Source: Calditrichota bacterium
GTDB lineage: Bacteria; Calditrichota; Calditrichia; RBG-13-44-9; J075
Assembly: GCA_024275555.1 (NCBI GenBank)
Contig: JAJRYW010000332.1
Location: forward strand, 1-38,315
Length of the DNA stretch: 38,315 nt
Direction: 5' to 3'
Shown here: positions 35,193-38,315 of the stretch, piece by piece
Numbering within the stretch: position 1 is the stretch's first letter
Layout: each line of letters starts with the position of its first letter
Notes under the pieces: model-generated
Told to the model about the DNA's origin: nothing
The model's input: only the letters and a program-made list of their open reading frames with translations
Databases searched by the model: none
Program-made: the position numbers and the translations under genes

Positions 35193-35924
35193 CTACTTTT
35201 CAACCACAATCGGCTTCAGCCCCGTTTTTTTCAATTTGTTCAGGGTGCGTCTGGCAGAGAGCTTGCTTTTGTACTCTCCGACCCTGACGCGGTACCAGAT
35301 GCCTTTGCCCGGGACCTTGCCGATAGCCCGATAGGCGCGAAATCCCTTTTTCTTGAGCTTTGCCACCAACCGATCGGCATCACGCACGTCTTTCACCGAA
35401 GCTACCTGAACGGTATAGGTTTTTACGGTTGACCGGGTCTTGTTTATGGAATCAATCGGCAGCCTTTGAGAGGTTTTTGTCGCTCCTGTTTTTGGGGGCT
35501 TGGTTTTTTCGATGATTTTTTTGCCGGCTTTACCGTCCATTGGTAGAGGAGGCTTCTTTTTGGGTGAAGATTCTGTCTTTTTACCGGTTAACGGAGAATG
35601 CTTTTTTTGACCGATTTGAGTGTCTTCACGATTGTCTCTCAGGGCTTCATAAAAACCAAGCTTGGTCTTATCTCTTACAATCCCTGATTTCCCCCGGGTT
35701 TTCTGCTGTTCCTTATTCTTGAGATTTTCCCGGGATGCCTCCAGCCTTTTTTGAATTCCGGCGATATCAAATTTTACAGGCGCCGTACCTCTGCCAACCA
35801 GAACACCGATTATAAACATCCAGGCACAAACAAAGAAAATGAAGCAAACCCAGCCGGTAACGGCTTTGCGGCTTAAAATCAAAAACGGCTTTTTTGGCAA
35901 AGATACTTTTTTATTTTTTTTCAT
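35193..35924 (-). CDS. SPOR domain membrane protein (FtsN/DedD-like)
   Basis: One N-terminal TM helix (FIIGVLVGRG), a Lys/Pro-rich linker and a C-terminal YTVQVAS...WYRVRVG SPOR domain. Start set at ATG 35924. Confidence 0.88.
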   Translation of the reverse strand: MKKNKKVSLPKKPFLILSRKAVTGWVCFIFFVCAWMFIIGVLVGRGTAPVKFDIAGIQKRLEASRENLKNKEQQKTRGKSGIVRDKTKLGFYEALRDNREDTQIGQKKHSPLTGKKTESSPKKKPPLPMDGKAGKKIIEKTKPPKTGATKTSQRLPIDSINKTRSTVKTYTVQVASVKDVRDADRLVAKLKKKGFRAYRAIGKVPGKGIWYRVRVGEYKSKLSARRTLNKLKKTGLKPIVVEK

Positions 35925-36267
35925 TAAACGATCTCTTTTTACGCCGTAACCTTGAACCATAAAGGCTTTTTTTTGCCAAGTCAAGCAGCTTTCCCCAATC
36001 CGTTATGGATACCCTTCGAGGACCCAGGGTATCTTTAGTGAAGGAGATAGATGGAGTGCAAACGGTGATCTTGAATACGGTGATTTTTAATATAGAATAG
36101 ATGGGTTATGGTTGGTCTTCGGGGAGAGGTGAAGATGGCGTTGTTCCGATCTGAATCAATCAATGCCGGAATTGCATCGTACGTCCCTGTGAAAAAGAGG
36201 TTCTGAAAATATGAATGGAAAACTTATAATTATGCGCTTATTTTTCTCGTAATTTAGTCTAAAATTC

Positions 36268-36319
36268 AAAAAAGCCGGCTTTCCGTTCCGCATGAACTAT
36301 GGAAGGGACAACCGGCTTC
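36268..36319 (-). terminator. Probable terminator downstream of the CTERM protein gene
   Basis: Minus strand AAGCCGG...CCGGCTT stem with an internal helix, followed by a T-run. Confidence 0.5.
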
Positions 36320-36436
36320 GATCTTTTGGCGCAACTTTTATTTGATCCAAGTTTTAGTGGGCAAGGGGCTCCATCGGCACACCTATTGCCAATTCAATTT
36401 CTCTTGGATACGGATCAGTTCCATTTATCTTAGTCT

Positions 36437-36883
36437 TTATCGAACCTTGCGCCTCAAAAAGACCAGACCGATAAGACTGGAGCCAAGCAGAATCAAGCTC
36501 GGCGGAATCGGAACCGCTGTAACCTTAACTCCGAATAAGCCGGCTCCTACTGTGCCGCCACCGGTTCCAAAAATATTGGCAAAATATTTTTTACCGGGAC
36601 TTGCTGCAAAGGTGAAACTTCCAGGGTCGACGATGCTGCCCACAGGATCAGTTGCCGTTGTTATGGAGAGAAAAAGAAAGTCAAATCCAAAAATTGGGTC
36701 TTCGCTCAAATCGGAGAGAGTCGCCCTGTAAGTAAACGGTGCTGTGTCAGCTTCAAAATCAAAGGTTAGGCCAGTAGTTTCTTGTATCCAGCCGGTTGTC
36801 TCGAAAACAGTTGCTGCACCGGCAGAGAGGGGTATCAGCAGGCAGGCGATAGCTAAACTAACCAGACATAGTTTTAATTTCAA
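36437..36883 (-). CDS. Small secreted protein with a VPLPA-CTERM/PEP-CTERM-type exosortase sorting signal
   Basis: Signal peptide ending AGA; C-terminal VPIPPS + TM helix + RRKVR basic tail; TTG start with a GAGGTG RBS. Confidence 0.85.
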   Translation of the reverse strand: MKLKLCLVSLAIACLLIPLSAGAATVFETTGWIQETTGLTFDFEADTAPFTYRATLSDLSEDPIFGFDFLFLSITTATDPVGSIVDPGSFTFAASPGKKYFANIFGTGGGTVGAGLFGVKVTAVPIPPSLILLGSSLIGLVFLRRKVR

Positions 36884-37103
36884 GATTTCACCTCGTTTTT
36901 TAAATTAAAGATTGTGTTTATGAAAGAACAATAGCGCACTTTGCTGATCGAAAAGCAAGAAAAAGATGGGGATTCACTGAGCTAAACCATTCCACAAACT
37001 TGTCCCTAAATCAAAAAAAAATAAAAAGCAACCTTTTTCTGAACGATGCACAACAATCTTTCTCTGGAGGGCAAAGAGTTCACAACTAAGGCCCTACCCA
37101 TTC

Positions 37104-37952
37104 TCAACGCAAAACCACAAACCACGGATTGAGCAGGTTCTCCTTATTATAGATCAGCGGTTCATTTGTGTCGTATTGAAAAACCTTACACCCGGCGTTT
37201 TCGGCGATGGCCTGCCCCGCCGCCGTATCCCATTCCATGGTCGGCCCCGTTCGCGGGTAAATATCCGCCCTGCCTTCGGCCACCAGGCAAAGCTTAAGGG
37301 AGCTTCCGGCAGAGATAAATTCAACCTCGCCGTGCTCCTGCCGTTTTTCTTCCACAAATGCTTCCAATTCGGGTGAAGCGTGGGAACGGCTACCGATGAT
37401 GGTAAATGGGCGATTGGTTGAATAGCTGACCGGTAAGGTCGTTGCGGCCTCGATGATGCTATCGACGGCCTCCGCGGTGCTTTCAGCGGCCGAACCGATC
37501 ACCTGACGGTTTATCGCTTCAATATCGTCAATGGAATCTGTTTTAAAAGATCCCAGACTGTCTAAAGCAAAATAGAGCACGTTTTTGTCAGGCACATAAA
37601 TGACTCCCCCGGCCGGTTTCCGATCCCGAATCAGTGCGATATTGACGGTAAATTCGCCGTTTTTCTTGATAAATTCCTTGGTGCCGTCCAGGGGATCGAT
37701 GAGCCAATACGTATCCCATTTTTTTCTCTCCTCATAGGGAATATTTTTCCCCTCCTCGCTTAAAATCGGGAGATCTAATTTTCCAAGGCGTTGGACAATT
37801 ATTTCATGAGAGCGCTTGTCCGCCAAAGTAAGAGGAGATTTGTCAGCCTTTTCTTCTACCTCGAAATCAGGCGACCGATAGACATCCAGAATAGCATGAC
37901 CGGCATCAATGGCCGCCGTTACGGCTGTCAGCAGGTAAAATTTATCATTCAT
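37104..37952 (-). CDS. cysQ: 3'(2'),5'-bisphosphate nucleotidase CysQ
   Basis: KADKSPLTLAD, LSEEG, WLIDPLDGTKEF, SRSH, GSSLKLCLVAEG, WDTAAG, NPWF. Confidence 0.96.
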   Translation of the reverse strand: MNDKFYLLTAVTAAIDAGHAILDVYRSPDFEVEEKADKSPLTLADKRSHEIIVQRLGKLDLPILSEEGKNIPYEERKKWDTYWLIDPLDGTKEFIKKNGEFTVNIALIRDRKPAGGVIYVPDKNVLYFALDSLGSFKTDSIDDIEAINRQVIGSAAESTAEAVDSIIEAATTLPVSYSTNRPFTIIGSRSHASPELEAFVEEKRQEHGEVEFISAGSSLKLCLVAEGRADIYPRTGPTMEWDTAAGQAIAENAGCKVFQYDTNEPLIYNKENLLNPWFVVLR

Positions 37953-37972
37953 TAATCTCTCCTGTTTTGTTC

Positions 37973-38017
37973 GTTAGGATTGTTAAGATGGTTTAGATCG
38001 TTGAGAGCGTTTAGAAA
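37973..38017. repeat. Degenerate 9-bp tandem repeat (5 units)
   Basis: gttaggatt-gttaagatg-gtttagatc-gttgagagc-gtttagaaa, just upstream of cysQ. Confidence 0.6.
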
Positions 38018-38315
38018 AAACCGATGGAGGAAGGAAGACCACTTCGCGTAGAAGAGGGACGACAGCAAGACTTGACGATAAACTTTCAAATCTCTCATGG
38101 TTCCTATTAAGGTTGTTTTCTTTTCGTCCATCTTCCCTCGGCCTTCGTCCGTCGCCTTCGGCTTTCAGCTTCTTATTACTTCATTCCGCATTCTCCATTC
38201 CGGAATCAAATTCATCTGTTTTTTTTGAGTATGCCCTTTTTGCCTTTAACGGTCAAGCCGAATATTGAAAACCTTATTATTCGAAAGAGTTAACCGCAGA
38301 ATTACACTCAGTGGG

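Noticed and set aside
139-37376. Numerous short overlapping or antisense ORFs in the six-frame track
   Set aside because: They lie within well-supported genes on other frames and lack RBSs or recognisable motifs.

Overview
Bacterial chromosomal window, probably from a Desulfobacterota (Desulfobacterales-like) organism. That taxonomic call is an inference from protein style and intergenic repeat families. The left ~20.5 kb is a membrane-lipid locus encoding what looks like a full bacterial sphingolipid pathway: fatty acyl-AMP ligase, ACP, serine palmitoyltransferase, a bCerS-like GNAT, a CerR-like reductase, a ceramide/DAG-type kinase, a Tam41-like cytidylyltransferase, a MobA-like NTP transferase, a metallophosphoesterase and a marR-lptF-lptG unit. 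The spt gene string continues on the same strand into an MsbA-like ABC exporter and a ulosonic/nonulosonic-acid module (KdsC-type HAD phosphatase, NeuB-family synthase, SDR, aldehyde dehydrogenase) that reaches the left edge. The best candidate for a new system is a ulosonate (sialic-acid-like) decorated sphingolipid with its own flippase and Lpt paralogues. The right half is mostly housekeeping: radical SAM, LpxL-like acyltransferase, orphan flgM with a sigma-28 promoter, sppA, orphan dnaK, pit plus DUF47, a CaiB CoA-transferase with an in-frame stop, enoyl-CoA hydratase, an unlisted 58-aa gene, gatA/gatC, a SPOR protein, a VPLPA-CTERM-type protein and cysQ. Intergenic regions carry many degenerate 7-bp-periodic arrays, a 112-bp dispersed repeat in two copies, a MITE-like element and a tRNA/tmRNA 3'-end-like fragment. 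All calls come from reading motifs by eye; no searches were run.
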